Notes: generated by a model from the letters alone, not told the origin. A stretch of DNA of 64,000 nucleotides from an uncultured delta proteobacterium (GCA_963706575.1 CAVPNL010000006.1:96001-160000); one strand, 5' to 3'. Positions 1 to 9,623 are shown, counted from the stretch's first letter. Numbers and translations are program-made.

Positions 1-355
1 TCAGGATGATTACAAGTATCAACCACTCCAGTGGATCCCTGGTTCTGCCTGAGAACTCCACGAGCCACTCCTTGCCAAAATAGGGGTATGCCCTGTAGTT
101 GAAGGTGTATACTATCCTCGAGGCAGCGAGTAAGAATCCTATTATATGGAGCCCCAATATCGATATCACCCGCAAAGCCATTCCCCGGACTATCCTGCTA
201 ATCACTACCGCCAGAAGAAATGTGCCGACCGCCTCGAGCAAGGGAAAAGGTCGTTGCACGATAGCGGTCATCAGAAAGGTCGCGCACGCATAGAGCCAGC
301 ACAGCTCCATCCCAACGTGGGCCAAAGATAACACAGCGCCTCGATCCTTGCTCAT
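1..355 (-). CDS. Membrane protein, third gene of the MoxR-DUF58 operon (DUF4129-like by context); runs off the window start
   Basis: Manual translation MSKDRGAVLSLAHVGMELCWLYACATFLM... is hydrophobic and open to position 1; its ATG overlaps the DUF58 stop (ATGA). Confidence 0.7.
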   Translation of the reverse strand, partial: MSKDRGAVLSLAHVGMELCWLYACATFLMTAIVQRPFPLLEAVGTFLLAVVISRIVRGMALRVISILGLHIIGFLLAASRIVYTFNYRAYPYFGKEWLVEFSGRTRDPLEWLILVIIL

Positions 356-1551
356 GGTTTGTGAGCCTCCTCTATGCGAATCTCATCCAGACAAACCATT
401 TTATCTTCAAACTGATGCCCATCTCCCTCCCCTGGGGCAAGCGAGGAGCACACCACGAATATCATTGGAATCCTTCTGTGCGAAAAGTATTGGGCAGTAG
501 CCGGTGTTCCTTCGTCCTGCTCGTATGAGAAGTGAACACCGCTCACGCCCCAGGGTAATTTCAGAGCTCGGGACATTGAATCTGCGAGACTCCCATTGGC
601 CCTCATCTTGAGTCTGGCGAGAATTTCCAGGATAGAGGAAAGCTTCTGCGGGCTTCTTCCCATTGGCAGGGTAGACGGACCTCCTTCCACCACGCCGTTG
701 GTCACGAGTCCCAGTGCATAGCCTCTCTTATAGGATTGAACGGCCAGAGACCCCACCACCTCAAGGGTGCGCTCAAAGCTCTCTGATGCGTTGGCTCTCT
801 CGAATTGGCTTACCTCAACCGCCAATAATACCTTTTTCTGTTGCGAGGGCTCAAACACCTTTTCCTGGAGCCGATTTTGGCGCGCGCTCGCCTTCCAGTG
901 AATGTGGCGGGCAGGCCGCCCGTGCTGGTAATCTCTGGTGCCGAGTATGTAGATGGGATCCTGTACCGAGCTTTTGCCCCCCGGTACACCGAAAAAATCA
1001 CGGCTCGGCAGCGAAAGGGGCTTCAGCGGCACGAGCCTGGGGTACACGATGACATCAATATCACCCTCTGTTCTCTTCTCCCTGGGAAAGAAGCCGAAGA
1101 GATCACCTACCTCCATATGGACCGAGCCCACGCGATATACCCCTCTGCGCCGGGCAACAAGCTCCCAGTTGAAGTCGGCCTGCTGATACCACAGTAACCA
1201 GCAATCGCTGGTGAAGTTAATTTCCCCGGAGGAGGGGTCTAGCGCACCCTCCACGTGCATGCTCATCTGGAGCCACAAAGGCAGAAACCTGGCGTTTTCC
1301 GCGCTCACATGCAGGGTAAGGGATTCGCCGGGGAAGAGCTTTTGTTTATCCACCCTCGCAGAGCACCGAATTCCGGAAAGACTTAGCCTGCTCCACAGAT
1401 TTGTCCCGATCGTGATCCCTAAAACGATGAGAGCCAAAATGGTGAGCTCCCGTTGGTAATATAGCAGCGAGATAAAGAGGCAAACTCCTACTATCAACTG
1501 CATCAAAGGGATAACAAATACAGAGGGAAGCCGATCTTCCATAGTTTCCAT
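352..1551 (-). CDS. DUF58 domain protein (MoxR-associated)
   Basis: N-terminal TM segments; RRRGVY..GDLFG, VYPRL and RDYQHG...IHWKASAR motifs; directly downstream of a MoxR ATPase. Confidence 0.85.
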   Translation of the reverse strand: METMEDRLPSVFVIPLMQLIVGVCLFISLLYYQRELTILALIVLGITIGTNLWSRLSLSGIRCSARVDKQKLFPGESLTLHVSAENARFLPLWLQMSMHVEGALDPSSGEINFTSDCWLLWYQQADFNWELVARRRGVYRVGSVHMEVGDLFGFFPREKRTEGDIDVIVYPRLVPLKPLSLPSRDFFGVPGGKSSVQDPIYILGTRDYQHGRPARHIHWKASARQNRLQEKVFEPSQQKKVLLAVEVSQFERANASESFERTLEVVGSLAVQSYKRGYALGLVTNGVVEGGPSTLPMGRSPQKLSSILEILARLKMRANGSLADSMSRALKLPWGVSGVHFSYEQDEGTPATAQYFSHRRIPMIFVVCSSLAPGEGDGHQFEDKMVCLDEIRIEEAHKP

Positions 1552-1561
1552 ATCAATTCTT

Positions 1562-2500
1562 CTATTCGGTAGGTGCGGGAACCGTTATCTGCTCTAAAAT
1601 CTCCTCAAGAAGTTGCTGCGGTGTTCCGCCACGTAAGCGCTCCTCGTCGGTCAGGATCAGTCGATGTGCGAGGACGGGCACGACCAGGTGTTTGATATCG
1701 TCCGGCAGCACAAAATCTCTCCCCCGAAGTGCCGCCAGCGCCTGACCGGTACGCATCAAACCGAGAGAACCCCGGGGGCTTGCCCCGAAACGCAAGGCCT
1801 TGCTTTTGCGGGTGGCCCTCACGATATCCACGATGTATTCCCGTACCGGAAGGGAGATTCGGATCTTTTTGCGGGTACCTTGCAGCTCGGTGATCTGCTC
1901 GGGGCGTGCCACTTCCTTGAGACTTTTTAAAGGGTCTTTGTCTCGAAAGCGTTCCAGCATTGAGATCTCCTCATCCTTCTCGGGGTACCCCAGGCGGAGT
2001 TTGAGCAGAAACCGATCAAGCTGTGCCTCTGGCAAGGGGAAGGTTCCTTCCAGCTCAATTGGATTCTGAGTGGCCATTACGAAGAAGGGACGAGGCAGGA
2101 GATGGGTCTGACCATCCACGGTTACCTGCCGTTCCTCCATGCTCTCGAGCAGGCTGGACTGGGTGCGGGGAATCGTACGGTTAATCTCATCGGCCAGCAA
2201 AATATTGGCGATTACCGGCCCCGATTGATACGTAAAGTGGCCGGTTTGCTGATTATAGACGTTAAAGCCGGTGATATCCGCGGGTAGCAGATCCGGGGTA
2301 AGTTGCACCCTCTTAAATGTTCCGCCAATCGTCCTCGCCAAGGACTTAGCCATTAAGGTCTTCCCCAGTCCAGGAACATCCTCAATGAGCGCATGGCCAT
2401 CTGCAATAAAGGCCACCAGCAAAAGTTCAATGGCGGGCCGTTTTCCCACGATCACCCGGGATATGTTCTCTATTATCCGCTCACATAAAGAAAAATCCAA
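1562..2500 (-). CDS. moxR: MoxR family AAA+ ATPase
   Basis: EDVPGLGKT Walker A, LADEINR Walker B, ATQNPIELEGTFPLPEAQLDRF, GASPRG; TTG start with GGAGG RBS. Confidence 0.93.
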   Translation of the reverse strand: MDFSLCERIIENISRVIVGKRPAIELLLVAFIADGHALIEDVPGLGKTLMAKSLARTIGGTFKRVQLTPDLLPADITGFNVYNQQTGHFTYQSGPVIANILLADEINRTIPRTQSSLLESMEERQVTVDGQTHLLPRPFFVMATQNPIELEGTFPLPEAQLDRFLLKLRLGYPEKDEEISMLERFRDKDPLKSLKEVARPEQITELQGTRKKIRISLPVREYIVDIVRATRKSKALRFGASPRGSLGLMRTGQALAALRGRDFVLPDDIKHLVVPVLAHRLILTDEERLRGGTPQQLLEEILEQITVPAPTE

Positions 2501-2516
2501 TTGAGCACCTCCGCAA

Positions 2517-2553
2517 TGAAAAACCCCATTTCTCGCATCAAGAAATGGGGTTT
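2517..2553 (-). terminator. Intrinsic terminator-like hairpin in the 5' leader of moxR
   Basis: AAACCCCATTTCT-7nt-AGAAATGGGGTTT perfect stem followed by a T run on the minus strand. Confidence 0.6.
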
Positions 2554-2907
2554 CCGGTTTTAAACCATGACCACCTCTGGGTTTCGGTTAGCGTATTTGT
2601 AAATATAGTTAATTTACTACCATGATTTTGTTTTTACAGTCAATAACACCGCTAATGATTTCGCTTTTTAAATCCATGTGAATTTATTGAAAAAAGAGAA
2701 ACGCTGCTTATGTTAAATCCGTGTTGGCTGAAAGGCTTTAGAAGTGACACGGAGGACTCCACCCAGTCTTTCAGTTGCGATTGATGCCAGATGGCATACT
2801 TAAAGCATGCTTTTAGAACCCTCCTCGGAGCAATTCAACCATCTTGAAAAATCGCCATGCGTGTTTACGGTAATTTGAACATCTCTGCATAAAGGGACTG
2901 ATATCCT

Positions 2908-3962
2908 GTGAACAATTCAAACACACCCAAAAGCTACGGTTCCAGCGGCTTTTTGATCGCAACTGCCTGTCTGCTTTTGTTGCTGTCGTTCGGCTATCGT
3001 GCCGGTTTTGGCCTGTTTGTAAAGCCGATCACCGAAACCAACGGCTGGGGGCGTGAAATCATTTCGATTGCGCTGGCCGTTCAAAACCTTTTCTGGGGCA
3101 TCATTGCGCTTTTTGCCGGGGGGTTGGCGGATCGTTTTGGTAATGTTAAAGTGGTGATTGCCGGAACATTTCTTTACGCCCTGGGCATGGTGCTGATGCC
3201 GGGCGTGGATAGTCCCTGGCGGCTGAACGCTTCCGCCGGGATATTGGTCGGTGCGGGGATTGCCGGTACCTCATTCGGTATCATACTGCCGGCCATGGCC
3301 AGGGCCGTCGGCCCGGAACGGCAGCAGTGGGCACTAGGGCTGGGGACTGCGGCCGGCTCCATCGGCCAGTTTGCGATCGTACCGGTCTCGCAATTTCTAA
3401 TCGATGCTTACGGCTGGGGACCGGCGCTCAACATATTAGCAGGCTCGGCGCTGATAATGGCCTTGCTGGCCATGCCGCTGGCGCCCTATTCAGGACGACC
3501 GCCGTCGGCGCAATCGCAAAAGGACCAGACGGTTCCGGAATCATATCAGGCAAGATGCCCATGCGATACCTGCTGGTGATCATCTATTCTGCGCGGGCAG
3601 TTGTGATCACCCTGTTTTTATGGGTCCCCTTCAGCCTTGTGTCGGTGCTGGTGTTTAGCGCCACGATGGGGTTTTTATGGCTGGCCACCGTGCCGCCGAC
3701 CTCGGGTCTGGTTGCCGTCATGTTCGGAACCCGCTACATGGCCATGCTTTACGGCATCGTATTTTTCGGCCATCAGGTAGGCAGTTTTATCGGCGTCTGG
3801 CTGGGCGGCTGGTTGTATGACCGCAGCGGAAGTTACGATCCGGTATGGTGGTTGGGGGCCGCCCTGGGTGTGATGGCAGCCATTTTGCACTGGCTCATGA
3901 GTGAGCGTCCCGTAAAGCGGCTTGCTGCTGAAAATCTTTCAATTTTCCATTCGCAAGGATGA
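2908..3962 (+). pseudogene. MFS transporter, split, with an apparent internal deletion near 3540
   Basis: N-half in ORF 2908-3579 (GGLADRFG motif A); C-terminal helices in another frame (ATVPPTSGLV, HQVGSFIGVWLGG); central helices appear absent. Confidence 0.7.
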
Positions 3963-3971
3963 TGAACCGAA

Positions 3972-4517
3972 ATGAATGATTTAAAAAGATACCTCACCTT
4001 CAGGGATCAGATTCAGACCATGGATCTCATTCAATGGCATGGCGATAGCTTGATCAGCAAAATTATCAGATGGAAGACGGGCGGCTCCGAGACTCACAGC
4101 GGGATTGCGTGCCGGCTGGCTGATGTTGACAGGGTAATGACACTGGAAGCGATCAGCAAGGGTGCCGTTCCGAACCCGTTAAGTAAAGTTTTGGGAAAGT
4201 ATAATGGTAAAGCCTACTGGCACCCTTTGAAAGAAGAATATCGACCCTATGTCGCCGAGGCGTTTAACTGGATGTATGACAGAATCGGTACCGGCTACGA
4301 TTATGAAAGCGTCACCAGCCACCTGTTCGGCAGAGTGTCTGCCGATGCGCGGGCATTATTTTGCAGCGAATATGTGTTTTTGGGCTGGAAGGTAAGATGT
4401 GCTGAAGAACTGGCAATCGAACTATTTGAGTGGTTGCTGGATATTAAAGAAGTTCCCCTGCCGTCTGAGTTACATAAGATTGGTATTTATGAAGAAGCGG
4501 GTAAAAGAATCCTCTAA
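3972..4517 (+). CDS. Permuted papain-like (YiiX/YebB-type NlpC/P60) amidase-like protein
   Basis: N-terminal THSGI histidine, GTGYDY and C-terminal LFCSEYV cysteine in permuted order. Confidence 0.6.
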   Translation: MNDLKRYLTFRDQIQTMDLIQWHGDSLISKIIRWKTGGSETHSGIACRLADVDRVMTLEAISKGAVPNPLSKVLGKYNGKAYWHPLKEEYRPYVAEAFNWMYDRIGTGYDYESVTSHLFGRVSADARALFCSEYVFLGWKVRCAEELAIELFEWLLDIKEVPLPSELHKIGIYEEAGKRIL

Positions 4518-4873
4518 GTCCTATATACGATGCGACCTAAAAAGTACAGGCTATCCCAGTCGCCCATTGCGGAACAACCGAGATAGCCTAACCATGACAC
4601 CAAACCAGTAAAGAGGGGCAAGCATCATGGGCAAAAGGAAGTTTAACATTTATGGTTGATAAAAAACAATAGATAAAATCTAATCCAAGAAAAAAAATGA
4701 CTTCCGGGCCAAGTGATAACCCGCTTTTGGGTTCAGTTAACTGCCGGATCCGACTGTCTCTCATTTCATTTTTCAGCGTATGGTATTGACTTGCCCGGTC
4801 GACCGGTGATATTTTAAGATTAAGCTCCAGAAGGAATTTTGCTGCAGGTAACCCAAACCACGTCATCCGGAAA

Positions 4874-5239
4874 ATGCCACCTGAAATAACCATAAAAAAT
4901 GATTATATTTTAATCGAACCCAAAGCCGGGATTGATTTCAGAGAGATACAACAGGGCGTTGCAAGGTTATTCTATGTGAAAGAGATTCCGGAACAAAATA
5001 GAATCTGGGTATTTCGTGAGGGCCCGCAAAATTTGTCCTTCGATGATTTGTCCAGGCTGAAAGACATCGTAAAACAAAACTACCCCAAAGATTCCAGGAT
5101 AAACAAAACGGCACTGGTCGTTGAATCCGAGGCGCAGTCGGACCTGGCAGAAGTCTTTACAAAAATCGCCGAAGATTTGCCCCAGACTTTTAAAGTCTTT
5201 TCCAATTTGGCGGATGCTGAGGAGTGGGTAAGGCAATAA
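4874..5239 (+). CDS. Hypothetical protein, SpoIIAA/STAS-like small alpha-beta fold
   Basis: KTALVV...FKVFSNLADAEEWV C-terminal pattern. Confidence 0.55.
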   Translation: MPPEITIKNDYILIEPKAGIDFREIQQGVARLFYVKEIPEQNRIWVFREGPQNLSFDDLSRLKDIVKQNYPKDSRINKTALVVESEAQSDLAEVFTKIAEDLPQTFKVFSNLADAEEWVRQ

Positions 5240-5310
5240 TACAGCGTTTTCTCCAATTCCAAAATCCAAATTCCAAAATCAAAATAACAGACGCGACGCG
5301 TTGTCGGCGC

Positions 5311-5880
5311 TTAAATCAATCCCGCATCTTCAAACAGTTTTTTAATTCCCTGTTTATGGGTGTATATCTCTTCACGGGTAAGCCCTTCCAGTTCGTGAGG
5401 AAAAACCAGCCACTCATCAGTCTCATGAATACAATAATCGGGTACAATGTCCGTTAAATTGTATTTTGGCTTAAACCAGGCAGTGGCAATGCGAATGTCT
5501 TTCGGCATATTGCGGCGCATTTTGGCCCTAAGGGCCTCGAGTATTGCCTTAATGCTGCTGCCGGTATCAAACACATCATCCACGATCAGGAGGCCGTCTT
5601 CCCAGTTCGCATGCCGGATGACATATTCCAGCCCGTGGACGCGCACCTTTTTGTCACGCTTTTTGATACCATAATAAGACGAGGTGCGGATGGCGATATG
5701 ATCGGTTTTAACTCCCAGATGGTCCAGTATTTCCTGAACCGCAATCCCGACCGGTGTGCCGCCGCGCCAAACGCCAATGATAAAACTGGGTTTGAAGCCG
5801 CTTTTGAATATACGCAGGCCGAGCTCAAAGGAATCAATCAGCAGTTCCTGGGCGGTAAGGTAACGTTTTTGCTCATCCAT
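5311..5880 (-). CDS. Purine phosphoribosyltransferase (type I PRT)
   Basis: GVWRGG and the PRPP-binding motif LIVDDVFDTGSS; WLVFPHE. Confidence 0.88.
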   Translation of the reverse strand: MDEQKRYLTAQELLIDSFELGLRIFKSGFKPSFIIGVWRGGTPVGIAVQEILDHLGVKTDHIAIRTSSYYGIKKRDKKVRVHGLEYVIRHANWEDGLLIVDDVFDTGSSIKAILEALRAKMRRNMPKDIRIATAWFKPKYNLTDIVPDYCIHETDEWLVFPHELEGLTREEIYTHKQGIKKLFEDAGLI

Positions 5881-6018
5881 AATCTGAAAAAGGGCTCCTT
5901 TTAAATGGAATCATAGTTTTGTTAGGGCATTATATTTTTTATTTAAACTTTTTTGTCAAATTAAAAATTCGAGCTATTTTTTTTCTTCCTTTTCCAGCAA
6001 AGAAGATGTTAGCGGATC

Positions 6019-6564
6019 TCAAGGACGATCGGAATACAGCACACCGTAATTGTTAAGCGATACTTTATCGTAAGGCAGGCTTTCTCTCGGATGCGCGGAC
6101 TTGCGCTCATCCGGGTAGCCGATGGCAACGATTGATACTACCTTGATATGCGCCGGCAGGTTCAGTATTTCAGCGATATACGCTTCAGCTGTTTGCGTGT
6201 CATCGTGCTTTCTTTCTCTGATCTGGATCCAGCAACTCCCGAGCGCGAGGGATGCGGCAGCCAGATGAATAAAAGTGGACGCAATCGATGCATCTTCAAT
6301 CCACACGTCACTTATCTGGGGATTTGCACATACTACGATTCCCAGAGCTGCATCTTTCAAAAAAGTCGCTCCATGCGGTTTTGCGCTGGAAAGCTTTTGC
6401 AGCAAAGCGGAATCGGTAACGACAACAAATTCCCACGAATTTTTCCCCCTCGATGTCGGTGCGCGCAGCAAAGCTTCCACCAACGAATCGATTTTTTCGG
6501 ACTCTACCGGTTTGTCCAGGTATTTTCGGATACTTCTGCGTCTTTGAGCTAATGATAGAAACAT
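6019..6564 (-). CDS. Nitroreductase family protein
   Basis: RRSIRKY, APTSRG..WEFVVV, LGSCWIQ, AIGYP; start moved to ATG 6564, which follows GGAGG. Confidence 0.88.
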   Translation of the reverse strand: MFLSLAQRRRSIRKYLDKPVESEKIDSLVEALLRAPTSRGKNSWEFVVVTDSALLQKLSSAKPHGATFLKDAALGIVVCANPQISDVWIEDASIASTFIHLAAASLALGSCWIQIRERKHDDTQTAEAYIAEILNLPAHIKVVSIVAIGYPDERKSAHPRESLPYDKVSLNNYGVLYSDRP

Positions 6565-6725
6565 TTCTAACCTCCTTGAATTCGGGCAAAATGAAAAAGC
6601 AAACAAAGAAATGGTCGCAACATTCGGGTGTATTGCCATGAACGTGGTTATTGTTTATTTTGGGCTATCTAATTTAAGAGGATGGGCTTCAAATGTCAAC
6701 AACCGCAACATAGTTAATGAGTAAC

Positions 6726-6919
6726 TAAAAGCCATCTCAAAAATGTCTTTTGGCCCAACCTCTTTGTTGGTGCCTCGCTTTAAATCCTCAACATACAACA
6801 GTATGCCTGCGGTTTATGACCCACAAGGCATATAAGATTAGACGGGGAATCCCGCAACGCGGGAAAGCTCGGCCCCGCCGCGATCTTGAACCAAAATCCT
6901 ATTTTTGAGATGGCTTCTA
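6726..6919. mobile_element. MITE-like non-autonomous element
   Basis: Terminal inverted repeats AAGCCATCTCAAAAAT / ATTTTTGAGATGGCTT with TA at both outer ends; internal CATAC-N4-GTATG hairpin. Confidence 0.65.
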
Positions 6920-7005
6920 TTGACAATGCTGGAGCTAAATTTGATCTTAAGTTGGGGGCGTGATAAAATTTTATACATATTGCAGCGAAGGGCGATCTGA
7001 GACGG

Positions 7006-7854
7006 ATGATGATTTTTCGAAATAAATTCACCTTGAAAAACTTTCTGTACTTTGGTCCCGTGCCGGCACTGATATTGTTCTACAGTATTTTATCGGCCAA
7101 CGAAGTGGCCGTCATCAAAGTTCAGTATCGCAAAGCAGCCGAGCTGGTGACGGTTGTGCAAACCATGCTTTCCCCCGGGGGAAGTGTGACCGTCAGCCAG
7201 CGGGTGAATTCACTGGTTATCGTTGATAACGCCGAGGCGATCCGTCGCGTGTACGCCTACCTTGAGCGCTTCGACAAACCGGTTGAGCAGGTCCGAATAC
7301 ATGTCCGATTTAATACCACCGGCTCAGACGAAGAAAGAACGGTTACGGCCCGGGGCCGATATTCAAAAGATAAGGTCAGTGTCGCCGTCGGCCGTAAAAA
7401 GAAAGACGGTGTGGATATTTCGGTTCAAGATAGCGGGCATCGGCGAAGAAGCACTTCCAGTGTGTTCGTGGTCGCCATGTCCGGGAGCCCGGCATTTATC
7501 CGCACCGGGAAAGAAATTCCATATCGGCACGGATCGGCATTTTTAAGGCGGCATGCCCCGGGCGGCGAAACGGTCACGTGGCAAAATGCCGAAAGCGGCT
7601 TTGAGGTCACACCGATCGTTGTCGGTGACAATGTCCACTTGAAGATAGTGCCCCGCGTGGCCTATGACGACCATAAAGACGGTGTTATTCGGTTTTTCGA
7701 GGCCCAGACGGAACTGACCACTCCTTTTGGGCAGTGGGTGGAGATCGGCGGAACCGCCGATCAGCAAAACGAGATTTTCAGAGAAATTCTTTCCCAGACA
7801 AAGGGCGGCAGGAACTCGGTCAACAGCTTTTCAATAATGGTGGAAAGGCCTTAA
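7006..7854 (+). CDS. Short secretin-like protein (NolW/N3-like domain plus a reduced secretin region)
   Basis: VQYRKAAEL..NSLVIVD..LERFDKPVEQV N-domain pattern; GKEIPY, GFEVTP, GQWVEIGG. Confidence 0.65.
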   Translation: MMIFRNKFTLKNFLYFGPVPALILFYSILSANEVAVIKVQYRKAAELVTVVQTMLSPGGSVTVSQRVNSLVIVDNAEAIRRVYAYLERFDKPVEQVRIHVRFNTTGSDEERTVTARGRYSKDKVSVAVGRKKKDGVDISVQDSGHRRRSTSSVFVVAMSGSPAFIRTGKEIPYRHGSAFLRRHAPGGETVTWQNAESGFEVTPIVVGDNVHLKIVPRVAYDDHKDGVIRFFEAQTELTTPFGQWVEIGGTADQQNEIFREILSQTKGGRNSVNSFSIMVERP

Positions 7855-8210
7855 AAAAAATTCGTGATTTTTGGCGTCCCTTTTACTTTCCGCACCTTAC
7901 GTCTTTATTATTTGTCGATGACTTGAGATTTTTGTGCCAACTTGATAGTAAATAGCAGGACGAAAGAAAATTAAAAGGGCAGCCCGGGGTTTGGACTACC
8001 CTGCTCAAAGTATTCGCGTTGAACGCGGGTTGGCGAAACTTCCCCAAATTGCCCTTCTAAAAAAAGGCCTAAATTGAGCGAGTGTCGAGGTTGCCGCAGA
8101 TGCGGTAAGATCGGCAATCCCTATATCCGCGGGCTGTAGGCGCTATATGCCGAAAAGGAGAGGCGCTGACGCCCGGCCCCATGGACGGCGGAGAGAAAGG
8201 AGGGGCTTTT

Positions 8211-8564
8211 ATGAAGTCACTCTTAATTATTATAGCCGGCATCATCATCCTGGCCTTGTCTGCGAATTCAATGGCAGAGTGCGGACCCATGACATCCGGT
8301 CACAATCTGTTATCCTGCATTGAAAGCAGCGATCCGGAACTCTATGGTTACGGTCTGGGTTTTATATCAGGTGTTACCTTTGCCTATCGGTCCATGTATG
8401 ATGGTGTTCTGAAGCCTGAAAAAATTTGTATCCCCAAAGGCGTTAAAATTAAGGAGGTAAAACTCGTCGTGCAGGATTACCTCTCAAACCATCCGCACAA
8501 GCTAGATGAGCCCCCATGGATTCTGGTCTCCGAAGCTGTCAAAGAGGCGTTTAGATGCTATTAA
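8211..8564 (+). CDS. Rap1a/Tai4-like immunity protein, exported
   Basis: Signal peptide; SGHNLLSC..GFISGV..ICIP..VVQDYLSNHP..L..A.KEAF.C; AAGGAGG RBS. Confidence 0.7.
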   Translation: MKSLLIIIAGIIILALSANSMAECGPMTSGHNLLSCIESSDPELYGYGLGFISGVTFAYRSMYDGVLKPEKICIPKGVKIKEVKLVVQDYLSNHPHKLDEPPWILVSEAVKEAFRCY

Positions 8565-8566
8565 TT

Positions 8567-8693
8567 CTAGTACTGTGTCCTACAAAAAAAGTTACAAAAT
8601 GATTGTCACTCCCGCCCAGGCGGGAATGACGGATGGACAGCACACCTCAGTACTTAAAAATATTTTGATAATATTTCTGGGGCACAACACTAG
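8567..8693. mobile_element. Small MITE-like element flanked by CTAG
   Basis: CTAG-TACTGTGTCCTACAAA ... TTTCTGGGGCACAACA-CTAG imperfect inverted ends; internal GTCACTCCCGCCCAGGCGGGAATGAC hairpin. Confidence 0.5.
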
Positions 8694-8709
8694 CAAAAGG
8701 ATGCAAACA

Positions 8710-9048
8710 ATGGCCAAAATTATTCCTCTCGATCAACCAGATCGGGAGCACTGGAAGCAGCAGAATGCGGAAGTTCTTGAGGAAGTTCAAGATCAGGCGC
8801 TGAAGGAGATGATCAAGATGGTCTTGAATTTACATGAACTTGAGCATACCGGTGAATGGCGGCAAGCGCATCGGCGACTTGACTTTTCTAAATCAACATT
8901 TATGGACTATCTTCAATTGTACGCACGATGGTCTTTGCCGGAATTTCGATTGTTAGAGGAAGCTGTATTTGAGAATTTCGGAGAGCTCAAAAGAAAGGGA
9001 TTGTACAGCGTATTAATCCGGCTTAGAAAAGAAATGGAAGGAAAGTAA
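8710..9048 (+). CDS. Hypothetical protein
   Basis: Open frame MAKIIPLD...; start chosen after AAAAGGA (the upstream extension runs through the MITE). Confidence 0.55.
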   Translation: MAKIIPLDQPDREHWKQQNAEVLEEVQDQALKEMIKMVLNLHELEHTGEWRQAHRRLDFSKSTFMDYLQLYARWSLPEFRLLEEAVFENFGELKRKGLYSVLIRLRKEMEGK

Positions 9049-9173
9049 TTTAATACTTAAATCTTGCCCCGAGTTGCGGGATGAAGCGTCTATCGTTATA
9101 ATACCAGGGGGCTCCTCATGAAAATTAATGGGAACTCGTGCAAAATTCAGGTAAGGAAAGAAAGGCGCAAACA

Positions 9174-9470
9174 ATGGCTGCTTTCTCGACTATCGGAATA
9201 ATTTTATTGGTATGTGCAGTGATTCTATTTGCCTATCAAGTCATGGCGGCATTCCTCGGTTTGGGCGCATCTGATGATTTTGTGTATGAAAATATCAGCC
9301 TTGAAGATATTCTCTCTGAAAGTTTTTTAGACTGGGCTGATGGTATTTCATCAACTAATCTTCAAGCTTTAGTCAATACCGTGATAACGATGCCAGTAGT
9401 TCTTTTGCTGCTGTGCGGAGCACTTTTATTTTTTTTAATTCACATGTTTAAGGGTCATAAACATAAATAG
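9174..9470 (+). CDS. Hypothetical membrane protein (2 TM)
   Basis: Two hydrophobic segments around an acidic loop. Confidence 0.6.
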   Translation: MAAFSTIGIILLVCAVILFAYQVMAAFLGLGASDDFVYENISLEDILSESFLDWADGISSTNLQALVNTVITMPVVLLLLCGALLFFLIHMFKGHKHK

Positions 9471-9623
9471 ACCTGCAACTCAACCCTGGAAGGCTTCATC
9501 CACCAGATCGGGATAAATGCCTAAACCCCACAGCATCTGGTCATTTAAACCATCCCGTTTATTCACAATTCAGGTTTGATTCTATTGCAGCCAGCGGACA
9601 TCACGGGGGATAGAGGGTGATCT

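Noticed and set aside
2792..2808. TGGCAT-N-GC as a sigma54 promoter for the MFS gene
   Set aside because: GG-N10-GC spacing fits, but the -12 element lacks TTGC and there is no other support
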